From the human T2T-CHM13v2.0 reference genome, Homo sapiens: a DNA stretch of 64,000 nucleotides. The notes under the pieces were generated by a model, which saw only the letters and a program-made list of their open reading frames with translations, searched no databases and was not told the origin of the DNA. Numbering within the stretch: the stretch's first letter is position 1; each line of letters starts with the position of its first letter. The stretch lies in assembly GCF_009914755.1 (NCBI RefSeq), contig NC_060925.1; one strand, given 5' to 3'. Positions 16,350-33,470 of the stretch are shown one piece after another. The position numbers and the translations under genes are program-made.

Positions 16350-16780
16350 CTCAGGGTGGCCCGGCACTTCCCGGAGGAGGCGCTGGGACCCGGCACCTAA
16401 TGACCGCCGCCCCCACACAGGAGAACTGTTGGGTCTCTGAAGGCCAGGCAGGAGGCCAGATGGGTAATTGACTCCTGCCGTAGGGGAGCTGGCCCGGCTT
16501 CATCAGTATGCAGGGCCTGTGCAGAGTGCTTAAGAAAAACTTATTAATTTCCCTTCCACAAAGACTGAGAGTTTGACGGTAATCACAGTATCAAGTCGTA
16601 ATAATAATAAAAAAAATCCCTCCGTTGAAAATCACAGTTGGGACTCTGGAGAGTTCAACAGGAAAAGATTGTATTAAGATAAAGGAGATTATAACAGGGC
16701 GGACATTAAAGGTTGTCATTGTCGGGTAAATCACATCAGGGAGGCCCCAGGACTGCTGTATCCCAGGGAGGGAGCGAGGA
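16350..16780. promoter_or_regulatory. Candidate conserved enhancer
   Basis: Unique, CpG-retaining; TAAT motifs, TGTCA at 16714 and GTAAATCA at 16726. Confidence 0.45.
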
Positions 16781-17139
16781 CCCCGTCACTGACCTGGCAA
16801 CCCCACTCCGTCCGCCTCCCGCCCACCCTGGAACTCTGCCTCCTCCTGCCCTCGAAGGCTAAGATACACAGGTGGCTCCGGAGCAAACTTGGGAATCAGA
16901 TGTCCCGGCCTGAGGACCCTCATTATGGGCAGAGGGTGGAGCACTGTACAGGTTCTGGAGGACAGAGATCTCTGCTCTAGGTTAGGCTCTTACAGTCTAG
17001 CCTGACAGTGGTCTTCAGAATATGTGCCCAGTCATGCAGGGGCCTGGGGGTGGGGCGGTGTTTCTGGGTCACCTGTCCTATTGGCATTTTCCTGGTAAGG
17101 ATGAGAAAGGAGGATGAGCTTGCGGAAAGGAGGTGATGG

Positions 17140-17531
<392 letters not shown>

Positions 17532-17879
17532 TCAACAGGGAGTCCCAATCCCAGTGGAAAAGCCCGAAGAATTCTAGTGAGATATTACCAAGATGAGGCT
17601 ATACTTGCTCAGGTGCCAGGTGACCACTGCCCCCGGGGCTGGGGCTGGGTGCAGTGCAGGGCCAAGCTGGGGTTGGTGATCCTTCTCTTGGACATCTTCA
17701 CTTGGGCCAAATGAGAGGGTTCTCTGGGTCTAAAGATGCAGTTGGATCTGAAAGTTATACTAGACTTGGGACGAGAAGCTACAAGCTGTTAACGACTGGG
17801 GCGGGGGCCACATGGAAGAAAGGAGTTGATCATGGGCTTCTCTGGTCATTACCAAGGGGCCCTATAATGTGGAGGCTTT

Positions 17880-18010
17880 GAGTCCTGGCTCAAAACGTTT
17901 TAGCTCTGCATCCTTGGGCAGGTTACTTAACCTCTCTGTGCATCAACTTTTTTATCTATAGAATGGTGGTTATAGCATCCACTTAATGCTGTGATGAGGA
18001 TTCAATGTAT
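17880..18010 (+). mobile_element. MIR
   Basis: ccttgggcaggttacttaacctctctgtg. Confidence 0.75.
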
Positions 18011-18090
18011 GATTATAGTGAAGAATTATAAATAATAAAGGCCTGCTTTTATCTCTTAATTGCCCTTGCCTGAGGTCACACAGTCAGTAG

Positions 18091-18483
<393 letters not shown>

Positions 18484-18791
18484 TCATCACCTCCTTTCTG
18501 CAAGCTTCTCCTTGGGGAGTGCAGTGTGGCAGCCAAGGGCTTGGGCTTTGGACCCAGAGTGCCTGGGGTTCACATCCTGGCTTTTGCTTGGGCCAGGGAC
18601 TTCAGTTCTCATACTCAGCTTTCTCCCTTAGGAAAGGTGAAAGTCACCCTCCTAAGGTCAAGGTGATGCTGCTGGTGCAGCGAGTAGCTCAGAAAGGGGC
18701 AGCTGAGGCAGGCAGCTTTCCCTGGGGTCTCTGGCCCTAAGCCCCCCGACCTGTGGCCGTTAGGCCCAGTGGGACAGTGCTTCCTCCCCCT

Positions 18792-18810
18792 GGCCCTCCA
18801 GGTGGCATCC
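18792..18810 (+). promoter_or_regulatory. Possible CTCF motif
   Basis: GGCCCTCCAGGTGGCATCC. Confidence 0.35.
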
Positions 18811-19620
18811 GGCCCTCTGCGGCTGCAAGCCATGGGCACCAAGGACGGTTCTGAAGTCGCCCTGAGTTTATGAGGCTGAGCGGAGAGGACGAGGCATGTT
18901 AAGTGTAATAGGGTTGTGTGAGATTAATGTGAGGCCGGGTGAAGCAGCTAAGGCAAGTCATTTTGGCAGTTAATACATACATTTAAGGAATGATTTGAGA
19001 GTGTGAAAACATTTAAAAGGAATGCTAATTTCAGAGGGAGAGATACATTCTGGGAAGGAGAACTTGCAGAGGACAGAGCTGGGGTGGAGCCAGGATGGAG
19101 GTGCCAGGTGACCCTGCTCAGAATTCAGCCCCCTACAGAGTTTGTCCAGGTCCTTCCAGGGCCTCTCTGTGCCCACCTGTCTCCAGGAGCACAGGCCTCT
19201 CGGAAGACCTGAAGCGGGCACTGAGTGGGAAGAGCTGGGCTGGAACCTTGTGGAAGCAGGGTCCTTGTCTGCCCGCATTATGGAGCACAGGGAGTGGAGA
19301 GGGTGCAGCTCAGGGGGCTTTGTGAAAAGGGTATTGCTTGAACTGAGCTTTGAAAATGGGTTGGGAGGAGAGGGTGGAAGCAAGTGGATTTGGACTTTTC
19401 ATCCAGGAGAGAAAGGTGCTCCGTGACTGAGCCTGTGATCCGGGTAGGATAGGGCGGCCCATATAATAGGGGAGACTCAGCTTCTTCAGGCCTGCGTGCA
19501 GGCTTCACTAGGGTCCTGGAGAGCAGGAGGCCAGGAAGAGCAGCCTCCTCCTCCTCAGGGAGCTCTCCCTCTCCTGGACCCTCTGGATGGGAAAGGTGGA
19601 GTCTCTCTGCTCTGAAGTGG

Positions 19621-20069
<449 letters not shown>

Positions 20070-20179
20070 CTAAGACCTCAGCCCTCCCATCCACTGATCC
20101 AGCCTAAAAGTGGAATGAGCTGATCCTCAGCTTGCCCGTCCCATCTCCACTAGAGGCCCAAGAGCCAAGGAGTTAGTGC

Positions 20180-20430
20180 CGTCACAGCTGGCTGCGATGA
20201 AGGCCTTTAAAAGTGCCTGGTGTGGTTATTAATAATGTCTCCCGGCTCTGAATGCCTCTTTAATTCCTCTGCTTAAACCACTCTGGAATCCATAACACTT
20301 GCCCCTTAGCCTGTGGTAATTCCGCTCCCTTAATGGCCTTTTATGGAGGGAGCTTATTGAAAGCTTTTCCCCACCGTGAGTAAATCATGTCCTCTGGGTC
20401 ATCCTTGCCTGCAATTTTATTAACTTCTTA
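20180..20430. promoter_or_regulatory. Candidate enhancer with HOX/PBX motifs
   Basis: ttaatgg, ttttatgg, GTAAATCAT at 20380, ttttattaa. Confidence 0.45.
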
Positions 20431-20711
20431 TGAGAAGTCAGAGGGACCAGAGGCAGGCCAATGTTTCCTCCGTGTTCTGTCCTGCCCGGGCCCGGCACTG
20501 TCCCTTTCCTGGCTGGGATCTCAGAGGAGGAGATGGCTGGGGACGTTGGAGATCAATAATGTTTGGAATGTCTCAACCCAGTGCCCCTGACTCCTTCACT
20601 CTCATCTGTCAATCCTTCCAGGTGGGTAGGAGCTGGGAGACCAGGCACTGTGAATGGGAGAAGCAGGGGACACTGGGAAGCAGGGACAAGTGCCAGGAGG
20701 GACAGGATACG

Positions 20712-21006
20712 CATCAGTTACCTGATTCACTGGTTACCTGGTGCATCAGCTACCTGGTTCATTGGCTGGTTACCTGGTGCATTGCTTATCTGGCGCATCA
20801 GTTACCTGGTGCATTGGCTACCTTGTGCATTGGTTACCTTGTGCATTGGTTACCTGGGGCGTTGATTACCTGGTGCACCAGTTACTTGACTCATAGGTTA
20901 CCTGGTGCATTGGTTAACTGGTGTATAGGTTAACTGGTGCGTCAGTTACCTGATTCATTACTTACCTGGGGCATTGGTGCACAGGTTGATTACCTGGTTC
21001 ATCAGT
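20712..21006. repeat. Degenerate 16-bp minisatellite (GGTTACCTGGTGCATT), about 18 units
   Basis: Ten exact TTACCTG, mostly at multiples of 16 bp. Confidence 0.92.
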
Positions 21007-21398
21007 GATGTGGCAAGCACCAGATTTGGTAGCAGGAAGTGGGAGACTGAACCAGAGCCAGACACTGGCGCCAACAACTGGGAACTGGAAAAGGCCAAGG
21101 ACCACGCTAATGTGAGACAATAACTGAGGAAGCTGTGTTCGGGGGAAAGGGAGCGTATGGAAACTCTTTTCTTTTTCCTAGAACTAGAAAACCTAGAGCT
21201 GCTCTAAAAAATATAAATATAAATTTTTAAAAAAGGCAATTGAGACCCTAGGAAATGGAGATGCCTGGAAAAAAACCCAGGAGGTTCCCCCTGGACATCT
21301 GGGAATGAAAGGGTTTGTGGCTTTGGAATGGCTTTCAAGGGGCCCATGTGCCTCTCTCCTGGCCCAGGAGAAAGACGGGAGGGGCGCAGGGGAAATAA

Positions 21399-21760
<362 letters not shown>

Positions 21761-22347
21761 TGGGATGGGACTTCTTAAGGGAGCATAAACCCATCTCTGC
21801 TGTCTGCTCCCTGGGCCATAGGCAGGGGCATTCCTCAGAGAAGGACCATGTCAGACTGACATTCAGCTGCCCCCTCTTACGCCAACTCTGAACTTCCCCG
21901 CAACCGCTAGCTCCTCCCTCTGGCCTAAGAGAAAGTCAGGACAGCCACCCGGCCCAGCTTCGGAGCTCCACTGAACTTCTCCCCACAGAGAGTGTTAGAA
22001 ATCATCTCTGTGACTACAGCAGAAGGGAGGCTGGGGCAGGGGCGGCCAGGGGTGGGGCTGGATCCCAAACCTGGAGGGGCCAGTGTCTTCAGCCGTCCCC
22101 AGGAAGGGTCATAGAGGGGTTTCCAGCCCTGACTGACCACTGGCAGCAGAGGTTTTGCAAATTCTACCTGGAGCCTAGGAAGGTGGGTTGGCATGAGCAG
22201 CTCTGTGAGGATCCCCTGTCCCTGGTGTCACCATCTGGGCCAGCCAGTTCATTGGAGGAGGGTCTGGTGAGTCTCCTCTCCTCCCACTCCAGGAAGTAGA
22301 GTGAGCACCAGACCTGAAGTCAGGAATTGGGCTATTCCCACCTCTCA

Positions 22348-22665
<318 letters not shown>

Positions 22666-23773
22666 GAGAGAGAGGTTGCAGTCCTGATTCTGACCTTTGG
22701 CAGGGGAAATAGCTGGCTCTGGCTGCCCCAGCCCCTCCTCCGTTCAGCTCCGGGCTTGGAGCTGGAAGCCAGTTGATGCCCTCCCCTCTCCCTGCTTCCC
22801 CGAGCCGCTGGCAGGCACTGGTACTTCCCCTGTGCCAGGCTCTGTGTCGAGGGCTTTACACGTATTATCTCATTTAATCCTCTCACCCACCCAGACTACA
22901 TAGTCTCTCCTCAATGACTACCTTCCATTCATTCGCCCTGTTCTCCGCTTCCTAGCCCTGATGACAAATCATGATATGCTTTTGCTTGTTTACTTGTTGT
23001 CTGTCTTCCCACTTAGACTGTAAATTCCTTTTGTTCTCTGCAGCATCCCGAGCACTTGTAGAAGGCCTGGCTCACTACATTTTTTCTTTTTAAATAAATG
23101 AGGGACTTAATCAAGTGACTAGGCTCAGAGTCATTTTCTCAGGATCACCCAGCTTGTGTCTGTAGAGCTGGAATCCACACCCATGTTGCTGAGGGAACCT
23201 GCTCCCCTGTGATGACAGGAGCTGCTGGGAGGAGTTTGAGTTTCAGGCCCAGCACAGAAGCCAAGAATAACTGAAACCCCAGTGCCTTTACATTCACCTC
23301 TGCACAATGAATCGAGCTTCCCAGTGGTGCTGGGAGCAGAGCCGGATTCTCCCCTAAACTGGAGGCTGGCCATCGGACACCCTTCCTGGCCTGAACTCTC
23401 TTTCCTTCCCTGCAGGGAACCCCAGCCATGGCTGCATGCTCTGGCTGGGAGTAACAGTGAGCCTCAGGCTGGGGAGGCAGAGGGACAGCAGAGCACACAC
23501 CCCTAGATGGATGTAGAGGATATGGGAATAAAGACCACATTCCTCACCCCTGTTTGGAAACGGGGAAGCGGGAGAGGCACAGCTCATCTGCCGGCACTGT
23601 CAGCTTGGCCTGCGGAATAGACCCTAAGTCCGATGACTTCATCCCCACCACTACCTACCGCTCCATTCCCCTCGCCTCACAGCTGCATGACCGAAGGATC
23701 CTCTCCCTCCCACTCAACTCCTACCATCTATTTTCCACCCAGCAGCCAGAGTGGTTTTTAAAAGAACAAACTA

Positions 23774-24075
23774 GGCTGGACGTGGTGGCTCACGCCTGTG
23801 ATCCCAACACTTTAGGAGGCTGAGTCAGGAGGACTGCTTGAGGCCAGGAGTTTCAAGACAAGCCTGGGCAAAACAGCAAGACCCTGTTTCTAAAAAAAAA
23901 GAAAAAAAATTATCTGGGCTTGGTAGTGCACTTGTGTAGTCCCAGCTACTTGGTAGGCTGAGGTGGGAGGATGATTTGAGACGAAGAGGTGGAGGCTGCA
24001 GCGAGCTGTGATCACGCTACTGCACTCCAGCCTGGGCAATAGAGCGAGACCCTGTCTCAAAACAATAAAAATAAA
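23774..24075 (+). mobile_element. AluJ-like
   Basis: TSD aaaagaacaaacYag. Confidence 0.92.
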
Positions 24076-24136
24076 AGAACAAACCAGATTATGTTGTTGC
24101 TGGCTTAAAACTTTGAATAGCTTCCTATTCTACTTA

Positions 24137-25280
<1,144 letters not shown>

Positions 25281-25670
25281 CATTTCATGTTGGAGGGAGG
25301 CTTGCTTGGGGCATCCCTGCTGGGCAGCTTAGCTCCTTCCTGCCCCAGGACCTTGCTATGCCAACACTAGAAGGTGAGGAGGGGGGCAGGGAGGGAAGTG
25401 GGGATGAGGTCAGAGCTCCCAGCCTGAGTGCCACTCCTCGGGTGCTGAGCCGTGGGGGGTGACGGCCGCTCTGAGGGAGATGGATGACCTGTACTGGGTG
25501 GCTGCCCCGGGAAGCTGCTTCCTATTAATAACAGCAGTAGCACTGCCAGGAGGGGAAGGGGAGGGAGGCAGAGGCAGCGGAGATGGGATAATGCCCCTCA
25601 CCCCTCACCAAGCCAGGAAAATGGCATCGTATTTTCTAGAAGACAAGAATGCCACTTTTAAAGAAAATTA

Positions 25671-26228
<558 letters not shown>

Positions 26229-27429
26229 TTATTGGGAAACAGGAGTGAAGGTGAGTATGGGAGGGAGGAGGAGGAGGAGAAGCAGAGAGAGAACAGAGAT
26301 GGTGTAGGCTGCTTGGTGGCAGACCGGGGCGTGGGCAGGAAGGCCCAATCTGGTCCCACCAGATACCTGGCTTTGCCCTTGTCCTGGGGCAGGCAGGGGG
26401 CATTGAGGAGCTGGCAGAACTGTGGACAGAAGGAGAGCGGAGCCGCTTTCTCTCCCAGCGAGAAAAGAGCCCAGTCACTCTCATTTTCAGGGGAAGCAAC
26501 ATGCCACACCCCCCGAGACACCTCTGTCCCCAGCACAGTAGCTCCTGATGGCTGCCCGGTGAGGATGCTGCGGGCAGGTCCCACTGTCCCCCCAGGCTCT
26601 GGCGTGCTCCCCCCAACCAAGATGCCCCAGCAGGGCCCCTAGTGGCCCAGGTCTGTGGCCATCCTGGTTCCTGTCTCCACTGTCTATCTGGAGCCCCTCT
26701 CCAAGCCTCCATCCCCCACCAGCCCCCTCCCCGCCTCACCGGGCCACAGCCCCAGCTTGGTCTCTATCTTCTCACCCAGCCCTGCCTCTCACTAGGCCTC
26801 ACTGCCGCCTAGCCCTATCCCTTCTTTGGGCCCTGATCCTCTGTCCTGAGTCCTCTGGCCCCGGACACGTTATACTTCCATGACCAAGGGTCTTTGTAAA
26901 TTCTTCAGGCGCTCTCCAGAAGCCCCAGTCCCCTCATACTCACAGCTCTGAACACAGCCCGGCCCTGTCCCTAAAACCCAGACAGGACCCGCATGTGCCG
27001 TGACCTCCCACTCTCCAGTGTGGCCCCTAAGAACTCAGGGTCGGGCTTGGCATTAGCCTGGAGGCCTGGAGCCTGCTCATTCAGTCCTGAGCTGACAGAG
27101 AAGGTCATTAGCAAGTTCCTAACTGGGCCACACCTCCTGGGCTGTGAGGACGGCTTGTGCCAGAGAAACATCACACTCCGTGTATCTCACTTCTTGGGGT
27201 GGTGGCACTTGGTGGTGCCGGGGACTCCCACATGTACTTGTGAGAAGTCTCAGTTCCCCATCTCCTTCTAGCCACCTCTCTGTCACCTCCCTCTGCTGGG
27301 TTGTGGAGGGGTGGGGTATGTCTCGGGGTGTCCCTGTGTGGCCTCAGGCATCATTTGTAGCTCTCCTGTGGGTTGAGGTTTCTTCTCGGGGCTCATTCAC
27401 CCCGGCTCCCATAACCCTACCCCACCATT

Positions 27430-27600
27430 TCCTAAGCAATAACCCCGTATCAAGCACTGGGCTAAGCAGGATCTTCATGGCCTCACAAGGTGGGACCTGT
27501 CACTATTTCTGTGCTCAGCAGAGGAAATGGAGGTTCAGAGTTGTCAAGCCACTTGCCTAAGGTCACAGAGCTAAACCCTGGTGGAGCTGTGATTAGGCTA
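27430..27600 (-). mobile_element. MIR
   Basis: gaggaaatggaggttcagag...cacttgcctaaggtcacagagct. Confidence 0.65.
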
Positions 27601-27966
27601 TAGGTCTGGGTGGCTCCTGCCTGAGTTCCTGGGGCTCAAGTTACCCCATATCAAACTGGGAGACCCTGTGTGGTCATTTCTTGGTGCCAGAGTCTGGTTG
27701 AGGGGCACAGGCAGGGAAGCTGGGTCTGGAACAGTCTGTCAGGTTGGACACTGTGATCACCTCCCATTGAAGCAGGAGGAGGTGCAGCCACAGGCCGTTA
27801 AGTGATTGTTTATTCAAAATGAAAGGAAATCTCCCGAACAAAGCAAGAAACTCAAAGATTGAAGCGCAGGGCCTGGGTGGGAAAGAAGAAATTATCCGGT
27901 TCCTGCCCTTCCCCAGCAAAGCAGGCATGGCTAGAGCTGTCCTAGCCAGCACCAGAGTGGGCCCCT

Positions 27967-28265
27967 GGCCAGGCGCAATGGCTCACGCCTGTAATCCTAG
28001 CGCTTCAGGAGGCCAAGGAGGATCACTTAAGGCCAGGAGTTTGAGACCAGCCTGGGAAACTTGGTGAAACACCCCGTTTCTACAAAAAGTAGCCAGGTGC
28101 CTATAGCCCCAGCTACTCGGGAGGCTGAGGTGGGAGGATCACTTGAGCCCAGGAGTTCAAGGCCATAGTGAGCTATGATCATGCCACTGTACTTCAGCCG
28201 AGGCAGCAGAGTGATACCATATCTCAAAACAAAACAAAACAAAGCAAAAACCCAACAACAAAACA
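27967..28265 (+). mobile_element. AluJ-like with an internal deletion
   Basis: Alu arms and (CAAAA)n tail. Confidence 0.88.
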
Positions 28266-28399
28266 GCAGGCCCCAAGGAAGCCTGTGGCAGGGGCCTGAG
28301 GGGTGGTGCAGGTAGGGTTGGTGGGGTTTTCCTGGGTCATGCCTCTAACTAGATAATAATGATGCCTGTCTCATTGCGGTGCGGTGGGAATACAATGTG

Positions 28400-29268
28400 C
28401 CTATAGTATATATGTAGCGCATACTGTATATGCAGTGTATACAGTGCACATATAGTGCATTTACAGTGGACATCTAGTGCATATATGGTGTATACGTAGC
28501 GTATATATAGTGCACGTGCTGTAGTGTATATATCGTGCATATGTAGTGTACGTGTAGTGAATATACAGCGCATATATAGTACATATGTGGTGCACATATA
28601 GTGTGCATATATGGTACATAGTGCACATAGTGTACATGAAACATATGTACACGAAACATATACACACGTGCACTACATTACACGTGTGAATTACATTACA
28701 CATCTATCATATATGTGGTGTACATGTAGTGGACATATAGTGCCTATGTAGCATATGAATATGTAGTGAATATATAGTGCATATAGAGTATCTATGCAGT
28801 GCATATACATGCACTATATATAACTATACGTGCATTTACACATACACTATATGTGCACTATATATTCACTACATAGGCAATCTATATGCACTTTATATTC
28901 ACATATATACACTATATGTGCATTACATGTACACTACATTACACTACGCCACATTACATTACACGTGCATTACATTACACATATATATGGTCTATGTGGT
29001 GTACATGTAGTGCACATATAGTGTATATATAGTGCATATGTATATATAGTATATATACTATATATACATAGTGCATATGTAGTTTACATGTAGTGAGTAA
29101 ACTGCATATATAGTACATATGTAATGCATATATATAGTGCATGTATAGTACCTATATCGTACATGTGGTGGACATGTAGGGCACATATGGCATATATAGC
29201 GTGTATATATAGTGCACGTGTGGCGCATATGTGGTGCATACACTGCATATGTAGTATATATACATACA
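28400..29268. repeat. Degenerate alternating purine-pyrimidine tract (TAGTGCATATA-like) with an internal inversion
   Basis: Read directly; 28800-28985 is in the opposite orientation. Confidence 0.92.
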
Positions 29269-29329
29269 GTGCTCAGGGACGATGCGCCTCCTGCCTGGGT
29301 TCCAGGGGCAGGCACTCTCATCTCCTCTC

Positions 29330-29348
29330 AGGCCCCCAGGGGGCGCAC
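29330..29348 (+). promoter_or_regulatory. CTCF motif, near consensus
   Basis: AGGCCCCCAGGGGGCGCAC vs consensus TGGCCACCAGGGGGCGCTA. Confidence 0.6.
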
Positions 29349-29656
29349 CTCCCCCCGGCCGGACGTGTTCAGGCAGCGGCTTCCCTTCAGCCCCCATGCA
29401 AGCAGGTGCTTTTTATTTAGACTGATTTATTATTGGAACAACTTGAATCAGCTTCAAAGTAAGTTAAATGAGAAGAGATCTTCACCCCTAGTCTCATAAA
29501 TCAAGGGGTATTCAAAGAAAAGGGAAAACAAATCACAGAAGCCTGGAAACAGATGGGCTTTCGTGGCCTTGTATTCCTGGCCTCTCTCCTAGGGCGCGCT
29601 GGGAACCAGTCTTTCTTTCCTTCCTTCACCTGAAGAGCCTGGGTCGAAAGCTGTGC

Positions 29657-29897
29657 TCCTTCCCCCCTCCTCCCCCTCTTTCACCTCCTCCTCCTCCTCC
29701 CTCTCCTCCCCCTCCTCCCTCTCCTCCCCCTCCTTCCCCTCCCCTCCTCCTCCCCTACCTCCTCCTCCTCCCCCACCTCCTCCTCCTCCCCCTTCTCCTC
29801 TTCTCCCCCCCCTTCTCCTCCTTCTCCCCTCCTCCTCCTCCCTCTCCCCCTCTTTCACCTCCCCCTTCTCCTCTTCCTCCTCCTCGTCCTCCCTTTC
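29657..29897. repeat. Polypyrimidine (CCT/CCCCT)n tract
   Basis: About 240 bp, almost entirely C/T. Confidence 0.95.
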
Positions 29898-30151
29898 ACG
29901 GTCGCCAGGGAGAGGCTGGTGTCCCCATAGCGAGGGCTGGATTTAAGTTGAGACAAATTATCCTTCTCCCTTACGCAGTGCACATGCCCAGAGCCCCTTT
30001 CTAGCCTCAGGGCTCCTGGTGCCCTGTGGGGCAGGGGAATGTCTCCGGGCAGTGTGGTTTGGGGTTGGGAGTTGGAAGGACTGTGGTTCCTGGATGACTG
30101 TGGAGAGATGTGAATTTGGGAGTCTGGTTGTGAGGCCATCTGAGGCTGCCC

Positions 30152-30342
30152 AGTGTGTGGCTGTTGTGCTTTGTGTCCCTGTGTGTATGTCCTTGTGTGT
30201 ATGTGTGTCCCCTTGTGTGTCCCCGTGTATGTGTGTGTCCCTGTGTGTGTCCCCATATGTGTCTGTGTGTGTATGTGTGTGTGTCCCCGTGTGGGTATGC
30301 GTGCGTGTATGTGTGTGTCTCCGTGTGTGTGTGTATGCACAC
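30152..30342. repeat. Degenerate (TG)n / TGTGTGTCCC repeat
   Basis: Read directly. Confidence 0.9.
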
Positions 30343-30618
30343 AAAAGCAGCTGAGCATTCCTCAGGCCTGGCCTGGAATTTCAGATCCACTCTGGATGAA
30401 AGTTGCTGCTGGCTGCCTCTTCTGTTCCCCTAACTATGGGCACTGCCTTTTCCTTATGCCAAGCTGCCCGCAGCTGAGAGCAATGCAGGGTCTCCCTCTC
30501 TGCACAGCAAATTCTGGCTGGGGACTCCACTCTCCTGCTCCACAGGCCACCTGGACGCACTGCCCAGGGCCACGGGAGGGACACCTGCAGCGGATGGACA
30601 TCAAAAACTAAGGTCAAT

Positions 30619-30918
<300 letters not shown>

Positions 30919-31710
30919 CTAAGGTCAATTGCCAATGAACAATGAGACAGCGTGGGGGTGAGACGGGAGGACACACCGGGAGGGGCGCAAGAAATGCCAG
31001 AGGCAGGAGACAGATGGGTCCAAGGGCCAGAGAGCCTGCTCCAGTGGCTCCTCGGAGTGAGATGGGTCAGAGAGGGAGGCAGGAGACCAGAAAATACCAA
31101 GGAAGAAAAATCTAAGGTAAGGGAGACCAAGAAAGAAAGAAGAAGGAGTCAGACGTGCAGCTGCAGGGACAAAGACACATAAACCGGGGGTGAGAGAGAC
31201 AGAGTGAGAGTTGCCTCCAGCTGGGGCTGGGTGGGGAACTTAGTTCCCACCAGGGTTGTGGACTTGGGAGCTTGCTTGCGGGGAGGAGGGCTAATTGGCG
31301 ATTTCATCCAGGTCCTCCAGAACGTCTGCAGAAAAACAAACCCGCTAAACATCTCTCACCGTCTGTCATCTTCATTTTGCTTTTGTCTTCAGAATAAAGA
31401 GAATCTGAAACTCCCTAGGAGAAGCGGCTCCAGCGGCTCTCAGGCTGTCTCCCGTTCTGCTCCTTCTTCATGCTTTTCTGGTTGGAGTCTTTGTTCCGCA
31501 GCTTCTTGCCCTGGTTCAGGCTGGCGGCTGCTCTGACCCGGCGTGCTGGGGTCTCCATCCCCATCTCTGTCACACTGTGGTCTGGAGTGTCTGGGTCTCT
31601 TGCTCCCCTCCCCCTCCCCCCAGGCTCAGCCTGAGCCACCCCACCCCCCTTGGCCCGCGTGGCCGCTGCTGATCCTTGCTACTCCCAGCTGTCTCCGTGG
31701 CTCAGCCTGC

Positions 31711-31733
31711 AGATTGACAGGGCCCATAAATCA
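31711..31733. promoter_or_regulatory. MEIS plus PBX-HOX composite site
   Basis: agatTGACAGggcCCATAAATCA. Confidence 0.5.
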
Positions 31734-32229
31734 CCGTGGCAAGGCAGGGCCCTGGGAAAGGAACACGGGGCCAGGTGCTGACAGGGCTGGCCTTGGGAGC
31801 TGGGGCTTTCGGCTTTCTGGTGAATCGCTGGGGCGTGGAGCCTGTGGCTTCTCTCCCAGCTAAATGGAGCATTTTGGTTGCAGTGCCTGTGTCTCCTGCC
31901 GATTTTCTCCAGCTCCCTGGAAGGTGGGACAAGAAGAAATAGGTTGAATGTGAAGCAAGTGGGATTCGGGTTAGACTGAAAAGAAGAATTTGCAGTGATG
32001 AGGCTTAACTTTGGAAAGAGGAAACACTGGGATGGGAAATGGTGAAACCCCTTGGCAAGGAGTTGGTAAAATCTGGATGGATTCTGTCTGATGATTTATA
32101 GTGCTGCCTGGAGACAGGGGAATGAAACATATGATCCACTCGACACAGAAGCCTTTGCTTTGTTTGAGGGGAGCCCGGGGGCCAGGAGAGCAAAGAAGTT
32201 ACCAGTGGGGGCTTGGGGAACATGCAGCT

Positions 32230-32701
<472 letters not shown>

Positions 32702-32774
32702 TTATTATTATCGGGCAAGATACTCAGCCTTTCTAAACCTCAGTATCTTAATTCATAAAATCCTAACCCTCACT

Positions 32775-33470
<696 letters not shown>

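Noticed and set aside
20712-21006. Possible CRISPR array or repeat-protein exon (ORF 20430-20933)
   Set aside because: Head-to-tail minisatellite with no spacers; the 16-bp period is not codon-phased
28349-30611. ORFs rich in Tyr/Ile/His/Cys, poly-Pro/Ser or His/Thr
   Set aside because: Products of simple-repeat tracts that lack stop codons
31415-31639. Lys/Asn/Gln-rich minus-strand ORF that looks protein-like
   Set aside because: No recognisable homology or convincing splice boundaries; would need PhyloCSF or tBLASTn
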